Source of the DNA: a virus
Direction: 5' to 3' (one strand)
Length of the DNA stretch: 64,000 bases
IMG/VR virus record: IMGVR_UViG_3300046167_000876
Under the pieces are notes generated by a model that was given only the letters and a program-made list of their open reading frames with translations, was not told the origin of the DNA and did not search any database. This document shows positions 29,312 through 37,484 of the stretch, one piece after another (positions within the stretch are counted from its first letter, which is position 1; every line of letters starts with the position of its first letter). Position numbers and translations under genes: made by a program.

Positions 29312-29446
29312 ATGGCAAGGATAGTTGTAAATAATTACACCCCAAATAGTAGAAAAAAACGCCCTGGGGTACATGCTAAAAGCAAAACTAGTAAATTAAA
29401 AAAAAGTAAAAATTATGTCAAAGCGTATCGTGGTCAAGGGAGATAG
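29312..29446 (+). CDS. small basic protein ending YRGQGR (44 aa), not in ORF track
   Basis: MARIVVNNY...KKRPGVHAKSK...KAYRGQGR*; preceded by ATATTTATAA. Confidence 0.7.
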   Translation: MARIVVNNYTPNSRKKRPGVHAKSKTSKLKKSKNYVKAYRGQGR

Positions 29447-29447
29447 T

Positions 29448-29609
29448 ATGGATTTAAGTACTATATCTTTATTTAACCATATGACAGATGATGATTTTCT
29501 AGCTGTACATAATGCTGGACAATTAAAAAACTTATGTACGGCTTTATCATTAGATTTACAATCAATTAAAGATGAAAAAATTAAAACAAATAACACTTAC
29601 ACAGCATGA
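29448..29609 (+). CDS. hypothetical protein
   Basis: ATG 29448 follows the previous stop directly; preferred over 29415. Confidence 0.6.
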   Translation: MDLSTISLFNHMTDDDFLAVHNAGQLKNLCTALSLDLQSIKDEKIKTNNTYTA

Positions 29610-29730
29610 ATGGATTGATGCTATGAAACTTCCTACACCTCATAGGAATAAAAAGAAATACTATAGAAAAGAAAAACACAGAGCTGCTTGGAAAAGCGGC
29701 TCTTCTTCATTATATTTACATAGTAAATAA
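29572..29730 (+). CDS. ArfA/BrfA-like alternative ribosome rescue factor candidate (52 aa), not in ORF track
   Basis: HRNKKKYYRKEKH matches the ArfA NKK...YxRKxKH pattern; terminator hairpin inside the CDS. Confidence 0.55.
   Translation: MKKLKQITLTQHEWIDAMKLPTPHRNKKKYYRKEKHRAAWKSGSSSLYLHSK
29680..29717 (+). terminator. intrinsic terminator-like hairpin inside the ArfA-like CDS
   Basis: AGAGCTGCTT-GGAA-AAGCGGCTCT (10 bp, GNRA loop) followed by TCTTCATTATATTT. Confidence 0.6.
29687..29718 (+). promoter_or_regulatory. -33/-7 promoter overlapping that hairpin
   Basis: CTTG-N20-TATATTTA. Confidence 0.55.
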
Positions 29731-29735
29731 AGGTT

Positions 29736-30176
29736 ATGTTATACGAATTTAAAAATTATAATAAACACGGTAATGTAAGGACAAGGATAGTACCTGGTCC
29801 CAAGGGTAAAGCATTTAGTGTTAATCCAAAAGGTTTAGGTAATTATATTGGTGTTAGAGTATTCAAATATGAATATAAACATGAACTATTACCTCCAAGT
29901 TTATTAAGTATAGGTGGTAAAAGATATATTGTTCCTACTTGGCAAGAAGTACTACCAGAAACTGAATTGAGTGATATAAAATGGATCAAACCAAAACCAA
30001 AGGTTAAACAAGAACCAATTATTGAGACCCATATTAGCAGTAGCAACGCAAATAAAACGTATAAAACAATATACTACCCAGAATCAGGTAAATTCCATTG
30101 CGATTGTCCAGGTAGATGGAGAGCGTTTGATAACCGTTGTAAACACATAAAATCATTAGAAAAAAAAGTAAAGTAA
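29736..30176 (+). CDS. SWIM zinc finger protein
   Basis: C-terminal CDC...CKH. Confidence 0.7.
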   Translation: MLYEFKNYNKHGNVRTRIVPGPKGKAFSVNPKGLGNYIGVRVFKYEYKHELLPPSLLSIGGKRYIVPTWQEVLPETELSDIKWIKPKPKVKQEPIIETHISSSNANKTYKTIYYPESGKFHCDCPGRWRAFDNRCKHIKSLEKKVK

Positions 30177-30263
30177 TGCGCGGGAAATTTTGATACCCGG
30201 GCTAGGGTTCGTATATTTACCACGTTGATGCAGTTAAGCATCACGTTAAAACCAATAAGAGTT
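30169..30263 (+). promoter_or_regulatory. repeated promoter/5'-hairpin cassette, copy 1
   Basis: AAAGTAATGCGCGGG, TTTG-N19-TATATTTA, hairpin TGATGC-AGTTAA-GCATCA, then GAGTT-ATG. Confidence 0.8.
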
Positions 30264-30482
30264 ATGTATATTCAAGTCAAAAACACAACAAAGAAAAGAA
30301 ACAACCAATTTAGAGTTCAAACAATGTCTGCTGGATTAAAAGAAATTAAATCTAGAGGATGGATTGTTAATGACTGTAAATTTGAGCAATTAAGAGATGA
30401 ATTAGTTACTAATAAGTACAAAGAATTAGATGGTAGAATGAATACCAGAGGTAAACAATTTGCACAAAGAGCTGGATTATAA
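30264..30482 (+). CDS. hypothetical protein
   Basis: ATG 30264 after the cassette; the listed upstream start lies inside the leader hairpin. Confidence 0.7.
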   Translation: MYIQVKNTTKKRNNQFRVQTMSAGLKEIKSRGWIVNDCKFEQLRDELVTNKYKELDGRMNTRGKQFAQRAGL

Positions 30483-30500
30483 ATTTAAAATAAATAGGTT

Positions 30501-30995
30501 ATGAAATTATCACCAACAAGAGAAATGCTTAGACCATATTCAGATTTGATTTTGGCATCATTAGATGTAAATCAAGTAGCAACTAGAGTAGGTGCTGTGG
30601 CTGAATTTATTTTAATGAACCATTATGGTTGGTTAAAAAATGGAGATATAGGTAACGAAAAAGGATATGATGCTACTGACAAAGATGGCAATAAACATGA
30701 AATAAAAGGTATGTCATATGAAACTAAAACACACTATGTTGCTTATAAACATGCTGTAAAAGGGGATAGATATGATTATTTAAGCATTCTTCATTTTAAT
30801 GAAAAAAGGGTAGCACATATTCCTAGAGAAGAAATAAATAAATTTATTGAAGAAAATACATTACCAGGTAGAAAAACTAAATCATTACGTTTATGTTTTA
30901 GTGATCCTATTTTAACTAAACTTGGGAAACCAAGAAAAAAGTCATTATTTTTAGCATTATTTTTAAAATACGAAGATAAACAATTTACATTTTAA
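30501..30995 (+). CDS. PD-(D/E)XK restriction-endonuclease-like protein
   Basis: GAVAE...KGYDATDKDGNKHEIK. Confidence 0.6.
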   Translation: MKLSPTREMLRPYSDLILASLDVNQVATRVGAVAEFILMNHYGWLKNGDIGNEKGYDATDKDGNKHEIKGMSYETKTHYVAYKHAVKGDRYDYLSILHFNEKRVAHIPREEINKFIEENTLPGRKTKSLRLCFSDPILTKLGKPRKKSLFLALFLKYEDKQFTF

Positions 30996-30996
30996 T

Positions 30997-31389
30997 ATGA
31001 GTAGAGGTAGACCAAGTGAACAAGTAGAAAGATTAGATAAATGGACTATAGACAGTACTGATTATGATGGATCTAGATCAATTATTAAATTTGATAGATC
31101 CAAATCAGCAAATGGTCCTTATTCATGGGAAAATATCCCACCTAAAGGGTTTAGACAACCTAAACCAAAAATTGATCAACGAATGTATGGTAACAATCCT
31201 GTAGTTGTAGTATTTAAAACATCAAATCGTTCTAATGCCAAAACTAAAATGAAAGTAATTAACAAAAATATTGATTATGTCCTATCAGCTAAAAAAATAC
31301 CAGGAATACCTGCTATTGCTGAATGGCTTGATGTTGGTGTTGGTAAATCATTTGTAAATAAATATAAACAAAAATATAATTTAGCTTAG
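30997..31389 (+). CDS. hypothetical protein
   Basis: Coupled ORF with N-terminal RGRP. Confidence 0.7.
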   Translation: MSRGRPSEQVERLDKWTIDSTDYDGSRSIIKFDRSKSANGPYSWENIPPKGFRQPKPKIDQRMYGNNPVVVVFKTSNRSNAKTKMKVINKNIDYVLSAKKIPGIPAIAEWLDVGVGKSFVNKYKQKYNLA

Positions 31390-31431
31390 TCTTTATATAT
31401 TTATAACAAAATATTAATTAATAAATTTATT

Positions 31432-31734
31432 ATGTTAAAAATTATAGGTCTTATAGTAGTAATTTTAGTAATCGGAGCAGCTGTTTACTATTTTGGTTTT
31501 TATAGAAAAGGTAAAATCAACGATAGAGATGGAGATTATATTCCTGATGAAATCGAAGATGCAGTTGAAGATGTTAAAGAAGTAGTTAAAGAAACTAAAC
31601 GCAGAGCTAAAGCAGTAAAAAAAGAACTTAAGGATGTTGCTGATGCAGCAAAAGAAGTTGTTAATCAAGCTGGTGATGTAGCCGCGGCTGCAAAAGGAAA
31701 ACCAAGAAGAGGAAGAAAACCAAAGAAAAAATAA
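31432..31734 (+). CDS. membrane-anchored protein with coiled-coil and basic tail
   Basis: N-terminal TM helix, DRDGDYIPD, C-terminal KGKPRRGRKPKKK; ATATTTATAA upstream. Confidence 0.7.
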   Translation: MLKIIGLIVVILVIGAAVYYFGFYRKGKINDRDGDYIPDEIEDAVEDVKEVVKETKRRAKAVKKELKDVADAAKEVVNQAGDVAAAAKGKPRRGRKPKKK

Positions 31735-31738
31735 AAAT

Positions 31739-32743
31739 ATGAGCAAATATAATTTAATAGATATTTACGAGCAATATCAAATTGGTTCAGGTTGGACTAG
31801 AGACTTTGATTATGATGGAATGTTAAAAGCCGGACTTAAAACAGGAGTTGATACTGATATTGAGCTTTTAAAGAAAATGGCTGAAGATTATACTGATGTT
31901 AATTATCACAGAGAAGCATCTCATTTATATAACGCTATTGAAGCATTAGAAGAGAATGCTATTAAAGAAGCAAGTATGTTCTTTGGAGATTTTCATGCTG
32001 AAATTGAAGAAACTATGAAAAGCCAAGGTATGGATATTGAACCAACATTAGGTAAATTTATGGCTTCTAAAATGGAAGAAGATAAAGATAAAGAACCTAA
32101 AGATAAAGAACCTAGAGATGGAGTTAAAAGTGCTGCATCTAAACTAGGAATAAAACCAAAGCACGTAAAAGAAGTATCTTTACGTGAAGGATATAGTATT
32201 GAAGGTTTACTTAGTATTCCTTTAAAAGCTAAATTCTTAGAAGCATTTCAAGATTTATATTTTGATTTAGTTGAAGAAGATCCATTTATGGCTGAGGATG
32301 TAGTTGATCATTTAAGTGTTGAAATGTTAAAACATTTAGATGCTATTCAAGCTCAAGGTGATAAATTAGCTGGTATAGAACAAGAAGAATTTATAGCTAT
32401 TGATGAATTAGATAATACTTTAAACATTGATAAAGTAGCATCTCCAGATGCTAAAGCACATGATTATGGGGATGAAATTAAAGGTATATCTGATGAAGAT
32501 GATACTGAAGAAAAATATGCTCATGGAATGGTATTGCCTCTAGAAGAAATGTTTGGTCCTGTTAAGTTCCTTAAGTCTAAAGGTATCGATGATGATATAA
32601 TTGCAGATTTTATGAAAACCCACGCCGAAGATATTGTAGGTGCTAGTGAAGATGAAATCATGGATGAATTTGAAAACTTTAGATCAGTAAACTATGATTA
32701 TATAGATGAAGATTTAAGGACACATTTTAAAAGGTTTATATAA
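31739..32743 (+). CDS. acidic hypothetical protein (possible virion internal protein)
   Basis: 334 aa, E/D-rich, short KDKEP duplication. Confidence 0.65.
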   Translation: MSKYNLIDIYEQYQIGSGWTRDFDYDGMLKAGLKTGVDTDIELLKKMAEDYTDVNYHREASHLYNAIEALEENAIKEASMFFGDFHAEIEETMKSQGMDIEPTLGKFMASKMEEDKDKEPKDKEPRDGVKSAASKLGIKPKHVKEVSLREGYSIEGLLSIPLKAKFLEAFQDLYFDLVEEDPFMAEDVVDHLSVEMLKHLDAIQAQGDKLAGIEQEEFIAIDELDNTLNIDKVASPDAKAHDYGDEIKGISDEDDTEEKYAHGMVLPLEEMFGPVKFLKSKGIDDDIIADFMKTHAEDIVGASEDEIMDEFENFRSVNYDYIDEDLRTHFKRFI

Positions 32744-32753
32744 ACGCTTTCCC

Positions 32754-32852
32754 GGGAGGGCATGGCTGGGGTATTGGAGAGGAAATCCCGTCTCTTGGCA
32801 TTAATTTGGCAACGCGGTGGCATTCTTACGCCCTTTCGTTTGACGCCCTCCC
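32754..32852 (+). ncRNA. candidate structured non-coding RNA, family unknown
   Basis: GC-rich island closed by GGGAGGGC/GCCCTCCC, internal hairpin, followed by an intrinsic terminator. Confidence 0.55.
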
Positions 32853-32860
32853 TCATATAC

Positions 32861-32898
32861 AGAAAAAGGAGCTATCTAGCTCCTTCTTTTGTCTTTTT
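32861..32898 (+). terminator. intrinsic terminator
   Basis: AAGGAGCT-ATCT-AGCTCCTT followed by CTTTTGTCTTTTT. Confidence 0.75.
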
Positions 32899-32909
32899 AT
32901 ATGTAAAAA

Positions 32910-32984
32910 TTTGGTTACCTGGGATATCTTTCGTATATTTACCCTGTTGATAATTAAGTCAACGCATTAAATAGAGGTTATATT
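32910..32984 (+). promoter_or_regulatory. repeated promoter/5'-hairpin cassette, copy 2
   Basis: TTTG-N20-TATATTTA, hairpin GTTGAT-AATTAA-GTCAAC. Confidence 0.8.
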
Positions 32985-33272
32985 ATGAAAACATTTGACG
33001 ATTTAGAATTTACAAAACATAGTGTTACTAAAAAAGCTATTATGGCATCACTTGAACTTAAACCTAATGTGTTTATATCAGTAGTTGCAGGTGAAGGAAT
33101 GTACAGTACATCTAGAAAAGGTGTTAAAGCCGAATGTACTAAAGTTGAAGATGCTTCTTCATTTGAAGTTGCCATTATAGATGAAAATTTACCTGATGAC
33201 CAACAACAATGGGATGTTAATGGTTGGCAGACAAGAGAAGATATTAATAAATTAATAATTGAGAACTCATGA
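32985..33272 (+). CDS. hypothetical protein (MKTFDDLEF...DVNGWQTREDI type)
   Basis: First gene after the cassette. Confidence 0.75.
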   Translation: MKTFDDLEFTKHSVTKKAIMASLELKPNVFISVVAGEGMYSTSRKGVKAECTKVEDASSFEVAIIDENLPDDQQQWDVNGWQTREDINKLIIENS

Positions 33273-33505
33273 GTAAAGAAAAAAGATATGTAGTGACAAT
33301 GGATATGTACGTTTATGCTGATAACGATTATATGGCTAAAAAACGAGCTAATGATTTAAGATTATCAATAGAAAATAGACGACATTCAGGTGATGTTAAA
33401 ATAACTGAAATTGGTGAACAACCATTTGCTAGTTTTAATTATCGTAAATTAGATGATCCAACATTCACACCTAAAGATTTGTCTAACGAACCGTTACCAT
33501 TTTAA
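33269..33505 (+). CDS. hypothetical protein
   Basis: ATGA overlap; C-terminal PLPF. Confidence 0.7.
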   Translation: MSKEKRYVVTMDMYVYADNDYMAKKRANDLRLSIENRRHSGDVKITEIGEQPFASFNYRKLDDPTFTPKDLSNEPLPF

Positions 33506-33506
33506 T

Positions 33507-33644
33507 ATGAAAAAAGGAGATTGGATATTATATAATAATAAACGCAAAAAGTGCTTTGGTATACACCATAATGGTAATATTCTAATTAAGATGAATGGTA
33601 CTATAGTTCAAGTACATAAAGAAAAAATAAGAACTCCCGCGTAA
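33507..33644 (+). CDS. hypothetical protein (45 aa)
   Basis: MKKGDWILY... start chosen directly after the previous stop. Confidence 0.55.
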   Translation: MKKGDWILYNNKRKKCFGIHHNGNILIKMNGTIVQVHKEKIRTPA

Positions 33645-33647
33645 AAA

Positions 33648-33722
33648 TTTGGTTACCCGGGCTAGAGTTCGTATATTTACCACGTTGATGCAGTTAAGCA
33701 CAACATTAAATTAATTAAGGTT
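33648..33722 (+). promoter_or_regulatory. repeated promoter/5'-hairpin cassette, copy 3
   Basis: TTTG-N20-TATATTTA; 33654-33700 matches 30194-30240 at 46 of 47 bases; hairpin GTTG(A)TGC-AGTTAA-GCACAAC. Confidence 0.85.
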
Positions 33723-34469
33723 ATGACAAATACAGAAACAATGCAATTAGATTTATTTCATGGAGTAGTATTAACTACTGAACAACAAAAAGAAGTTAAT
33801 ACATTTATTAAAAGACAAGCTGAAAGAGCAGTTGATAGTCAAAATGATGTTAATAGAAAAATGTTATTATTGGATGAAGCAGGTTTTGTTCAAGGAGTTG
33901 ATTATGATAGTAATTTTGAAGTTTACGAGGTTACTAAAGAAGCATCATTTGGTTATTCATATAATAATACAAATTATGAGCATGAAGTTACTTACATGAA
34001 TGCTGTAGGTGGTGTTTATCTTAAAGTTAATACCATTAAAGAGGGTAAAATAAAAGAATATAAAGCTTCAGTTGATAGAGAAGGTGGTAAATTAATGTGT
34101 ACTAATATTACTCAACAATATAGATATTATAAGCCAAGTTCATTGCTTACTAAATTTAATGAGCATAATGAGCGTAAAATAAATGAGCTTGAACATAATA
34201 ATAAGCAAAAAATTGCTTTAGATATTATAGTTGCTAAGTACCAGAAATTATATCCTAAAGCTGAGGTTAAAATTAGTTCTGATTATTATAGAAGATCTTA
34301 TCATAGTTTTCCAACTGTTAAAGTTAAATTTGAATCAGGTAGTTCAGTTGAATTTACTTTAGGTTATGGTGATGAAATGGAAAAAGAAAGATTTCATAAA
34401 AAATATGATGCTCAACATGAAACAACAAAAGATTTATTAGATAGATTTAATAATCAAAAAGCTAAGTAA
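33723..34469 (+). CDS. hypothetical protein
   Basis: 248 aa ORF directly after the cassette. Confidence 0.75.
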   Translation: MTNTETMQLDLFHGVVLTTEQQKEVNTFIKRQAERAVDSQNDVNRKMLLLDEAGFVQGVDYDSNFEVYEVTKEASFGYSYNNTNYEHEVTYMNAVGGVYLKVNTIKEGKIKEYKASVDREGGKLMCTNITQQYRYYKPSSLLTKFNEHNERKINELEHNNKQKIALDIIVAKYQKLYPKAEVKISSDYYRRSYHSFPTVKVKFESGSSVEFTLGYGDEMEKERFHKKYDAQHETTKDLLDRFNNQKAK

Positions 34470-34470
34470 T

Positions 34471-34611
34471 ATGAAAAATGAAAATTGGGATCCAGAAAAA
34501 TTTCAGGGTAAATCTAAAAAACAAGTAGAGTCTTCCACAATAGGATGTTTTATAGGAAGTATAGGTATATTTTTAGTTTTATTATGGTTATTAATGTTAA
34601 AAAATTTATAA
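34471..34611 (+). CDS. small membrane protein (46 aa), not in ORF track
   Basis: MKNENWDPEKFQG... with a C-terminal TM helix; fills the gap exactly. Confidence 0.6.
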   Translation: MKNENWDPEKFQGKSKKQVESSTIGCFIGSIGIFLVLLWLLMLKNL

Positions 34612-34612
34612 T

Positions 34613-34921
34613 ATGGTAAGGTATAGAAATAGATACGGTGATGAATACACATTTACTAAACAAAAAGATGGTAATGTATTATGGGAAGGTGATTTTGAAT
34701 ACATAAGAGCTGGGGATGACTTTATAGATCCATCAGGTGGACCATTTATTAGAGTAGGTCAAATGTTATCTCATATTATACATGGGGATGAAATGAATGT
34801 AATAGTAGAAGGTTTTACTAATACAGAAAAAGGTATATTAATTAATACAAAACCTCATGATTATGATCCTAAAGACTTTAGTCATTTAGAAGATAGGGGT
34901 ATAATTGGAGGTATAATTTAA
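34613..34921 (+). CDS. hypothetical protein (NRYGD...DPSGGPFI motif)
   Basis: Coupled ORF. Confidence 0.7.
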   Translation: MVRYRNRYGDEYTFTKQKDGNVLWEGDFEYIRAGDDFIDPSGGPFIRVGQMLSHIIHGDEMNVIVEGFTNTEKGILINTKPHDYDPKDFSHLEDRGIIGGII

Positions 34922-34930
34922 ATTAAATAT

Positions 34931-35158
34931 ATGAAAGTAGAAAGACAAGTTTTACATAATTGCTTGGATAAGGCAAAAAGTTTTTATAAATTAGGGGAAC
35001 GAGATAAGGCAAGAGACTATTGTGATATGGGAATTGGTTATGTTGCTGCTAAAAAAGAAGATGGTGCTGATGGGGAAGACTTAATTGAAGGAGTTAGAAT
35101 CAATTTATGGTTAGAACGTTTTTGGATGTTTTTAGAAAATAAAAATTTAATGTTATAA
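34931..35158 (+). CDS. hypothetical protein
   Basis: Coupled ORF. Confidence 0.65.
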   Translation: MKVERQVLHNCLDKAKSFYKLGERDKARDYCDMGIGYVAAKKEDGADGEDLIEGVRINLWLERFWMFLENKNLML

Positions 35159-35159
35159 T

Positions 35160-35348
35160 ATGGAAAACGAAGCAAATAAATGGTGGGAAATTTCAGTAGC
35201 ATGGAAATGGCCACATGAAGGATTTACAGTTGGTTATGATTTAATTGAACCAATAGAAGAAGATGAAGCTAAATATTTTAGTTTTAATTTATATTTAGGA
35301 TTATTATCTGTACTTATTAATTGGGGAAAACATAGTTGGAATGAGTAG
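35160..35348 (+). CDS. hypothetical protein
   Basis: Coupled ORF. Confidence 0.6.
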   Translation: MENEANKWWEISVAWKWPHEGFTVGYDLIEPIEEDEAKYFSFNLYLGLLSVLINWGKHSWNE

Positions 35349-35493
35349 AATAGAAGAATTAGTATATAGTGCTCATGAATATGGTAAACGAGCTCAATTG
35401 TTTGATGAGGTTTCTAAGATAAAATTAGAATCTCCAACAATGCAATTAGAAGAAGTTTATGATAAAGCATATCAAAATGTAATGAATACTTAA
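35341..35493 (+). CDS. hypothetical protein (50 aa), not in ORF track
   Basis: MSRIEELVYSAHEYGKR...; fills the gap before fabH. Confidence 0.6.
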   Translation: MSRIEELVYSAHEYGKRAQLFDEVSKIKLESPTMQLEEVYDKAYQNVMNT

Positions 35494-35495
35494 AT

Positions 35496-36515
35496 ATGAG
35501 TAATTCTAAAATTATAGGATTAGGACATTATGTCCCAAATAATATTATTACTAACAACGATTTATCTGAAATGTTAAATACATCAGATAAATGGATTCAA
35601 AGTCGTACTGGAATTAAAGAACGTAGATGGGTTACTAAAGAAAGTGGTGATACAGCTGCTACAATGGGAACTAAAGCAGCAAAAATAGCTATTGAAAATG
35701 CTGGTCTAAAAAAAGATGATATTGATTTCATTATATTTGCTACTATGACACCTGATTATTACTTTCCTGGTTGTGGTGTTCAAGTCCAGAATGAATTAGG
35801 TATTAAAAATATAGGTGCTTTAGATGTTAGAAACCAATGTTCAGGTTTTATTTATGCCTTATCTGTTGCTGATAAGTTTATTAAAACAGATACTTATAAA
35901 AATATATTAGTAATAGGAGCAGAATTACATTCAGGTGGATTAGATAAAACACCAAGAGGTAGAGATGTAAGTGTAATATTTGGAGATGGAGCGGGTGCTT
36001 TAGTATTATCTAGAACAGACAAAAACAAAGGTATATTATCTACTCATTTACACTCAGATGGAAAATACGCTGAAGAATTAGCTGTAGTAGGACCTTCACC
36101 TAGACATGGTGTTGGAAAAGATAATCATTGGATCAAAAGTGTTCAAGATAAACCTGAGGAAACATTTTATTTTCCTTATATGAATGGGAAATCAGTATTT
36201 AAACATGCCGTTTTTAGATTTAGTGATGTAATTACTGAAGGATTATCTGTAAATCAATTAAACCCATCTAATGTTGATCTATTTATTCCACATCAGGCAA
36301 ACTTAAGAATATCTGAATTTGTGCAAAAGCAATTTGACTTCAGAGATGACCAAGTATTTAACAACATACAAAAATATGGTAATACAACTGCAGCATCAAT
36401 TCCTATAGCATTAAGTGAAGCATTTAAACAGGGTAAAATTAAAGATAATAATATAATAGTATTAGCTTCATTTGGTAGTGGTTACACTTGGGGTAGTATA
36501 ATAATAAAGTGGTAA
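35496..36515 (+). CDS. fabH: beta-ketoacyl-ACP synthase III
   Basis: WIQSRTGIKERR, NQCSGF (catalytic Cys), FGDGAGA, MNG, PHQAN, YGNTTAASIP, FGSGYTWG. Confidence 0.93.
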   Translation: MSNSKIIGLGHYVPNNIITNNDLSEMLNTSDKWIQSRTGIKERRWVTKESGDTAATMGTKAAKIAIENAGLKKDDIDFIIFATMTPDYYFPGCGVQVQNELGIKNIGALDVRNQCSGFIYALSVADKFIKTDTYKNILVIGAELHSGGLDKTPRGRDVSVIFGDGAGALVLSRTDKNKGILSTHLHSDGKYAEELAVVGPSPRHGVGKDNHWIKSVQDKPEETFYFPYMNGKSVFKHAVFRFSDVITEGLSVNQLNPSNVDLFIPHQANLRISEFVQKQFDFRDDQVFNNIQKYGNTTAASIPIALSEAFKQGKIKDNNIIVLASFGSGYTWGSIIIKW

Positions 36516-36868
36516 TGAATATAGAAAAATTATTAATAGGTATATTTTGGTTTATTTTGGGTCATGTAGCAGTGTTTTTTCAATTAAACGGTCAATTTAA
36601 ATGGGAATGGTTTAAAAAAAATGAATTCATATTAGCATTAGCTGGTCTTATAATATCATATTTTTATATATGGGGTACAAAACATACCGTAGAAGGGTTT
36701 AATGGTTTATTATGGCCTGCTAGATTTATAGGATTTAGTATAGGAATATCCGTTTATGCTTTGGGTGTTGGATATTTCTTTAAAGAGGGTATTACAAATA
36801 AAACATTTGTAAGTTTACTATTATGTGTTATATTAGTAGCAATTCAAGTATTATGGAAAACTAAATAA
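36509..36868 (+). CDS. multi-pass membrane protein (SMR/DMT-like topology)
   Basis: Four hydrophobic helices. Confidence 0.65.
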   Translation: MVMNIEKLLIGIFWFILGHVAVFFQLNGQFKWEWFKKNEFILALAGLIISYFYIWGTKHTVEGFNGLLWPARFIGFSIGISVYALGVGYFFKEGITNKTFVSLLLCVILVAIQVLWKTK

Positions 36869-36869
36869 A

Positions 36870-37142
36870 ATGGCAGCAAGAAAAAAAATTACATTTAAAC
36901 GATGGCTACTCAGAAGATTAGTATATGTAAATAAACTCACCCCATATCAGAAATTTGCTTCACGAGTAGGTTATATGGGTAGTGGGTTTTTAATAGCAGC
37001 ACAATGGACAATTGAACCATATTTATACGTGATAGGGTTTTGTTTTGTTATAGTACAAACATCATCAAGAAAACAATGGAACTTAGTTGCATTAAATATA
37101 AATGGATTAATAGCTTGGATTACACACCTCTTAAATACATAA
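36870..37142 (+). CDS. small membrane protein
   Basis: Basic N-terminus, 2-3 TM helices, KQWNLVALN. Confidence 0.65.
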   Translation: MAARKKITFKRWLLRRLVYVNKLTPYQKFASRVGYMGSGFLIAAQWTIEPYLYVIGFCFVIVQTSSRKQWNLVALNINGLIAWITHLLNT

Positions 37143-37144
37143 AA

Positions 37145-37282
37145 ATGGACCTACAAGAAAGAACAAACAAAATTAAAGAATTAAGTAGCATGATAGTGGA
37201 TCTAAAAAAGAATAGAACAGTAGATTCTAAAAAAACCATTCAAAAACTACAACAAGAAATAGATAAGCTAATATATGATTAA
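37145..37282 (+). CDS. small coiled-coil protein
   Basis: MDLQERTNKIKELS...; start chosen after the previous stop. Confidence 0.55.
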   Translation: MDLQERTNKIKELSSMIVDLKKNRTVDSKKTIQKLQQEIDKLIYD

Positions 37283-37484
37283 TAGAGAATTAATAACTAA
37301 GGATAATAAAATGTATGAAGTAGTATCATCTGTTTCTTCACATATGTTTCTTAATAAAGATAAATCTCTAAACCAACAAGTATTAGGATTGTATGTTAAT
37401 GAATATAAAGGAGATAGAGTGTTACAACGTGAAGATAAATTCTTAATATGTAAGCAAATAGAAGAAGCACAAATAATAGAATAA
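37275..37484 (+). CDS. hypothetical protein
   Basis: Coupled ORF. Confidence 0.65.
   Translation: MINRELITKDNKMYEVVSSVSSHMFLNKDKSLNQQVLGLYVNEYKGDRVLQREDKFLICKQIEEAQIIE

Noticed and set aside
32084-32113. 15-bp tandem duplication AAAGATAAAGAACCT
   Set aside because: Two copies of an in-frame low-complexity linker (KDKEP); no sign of a variable-repeat system
32754-32856. tRNA interpretation of the GC-rich element
   Set aside because: No D-arm, anticodon arm or T-arm (GTTCRA) geometry and no CCA; only the closing stem resembles an acceptor stem
32762-32950. 63-aa ORF in the track
   Set aside because: Atypical codon usage; runs through a structured GC island, a terminator and a promoter
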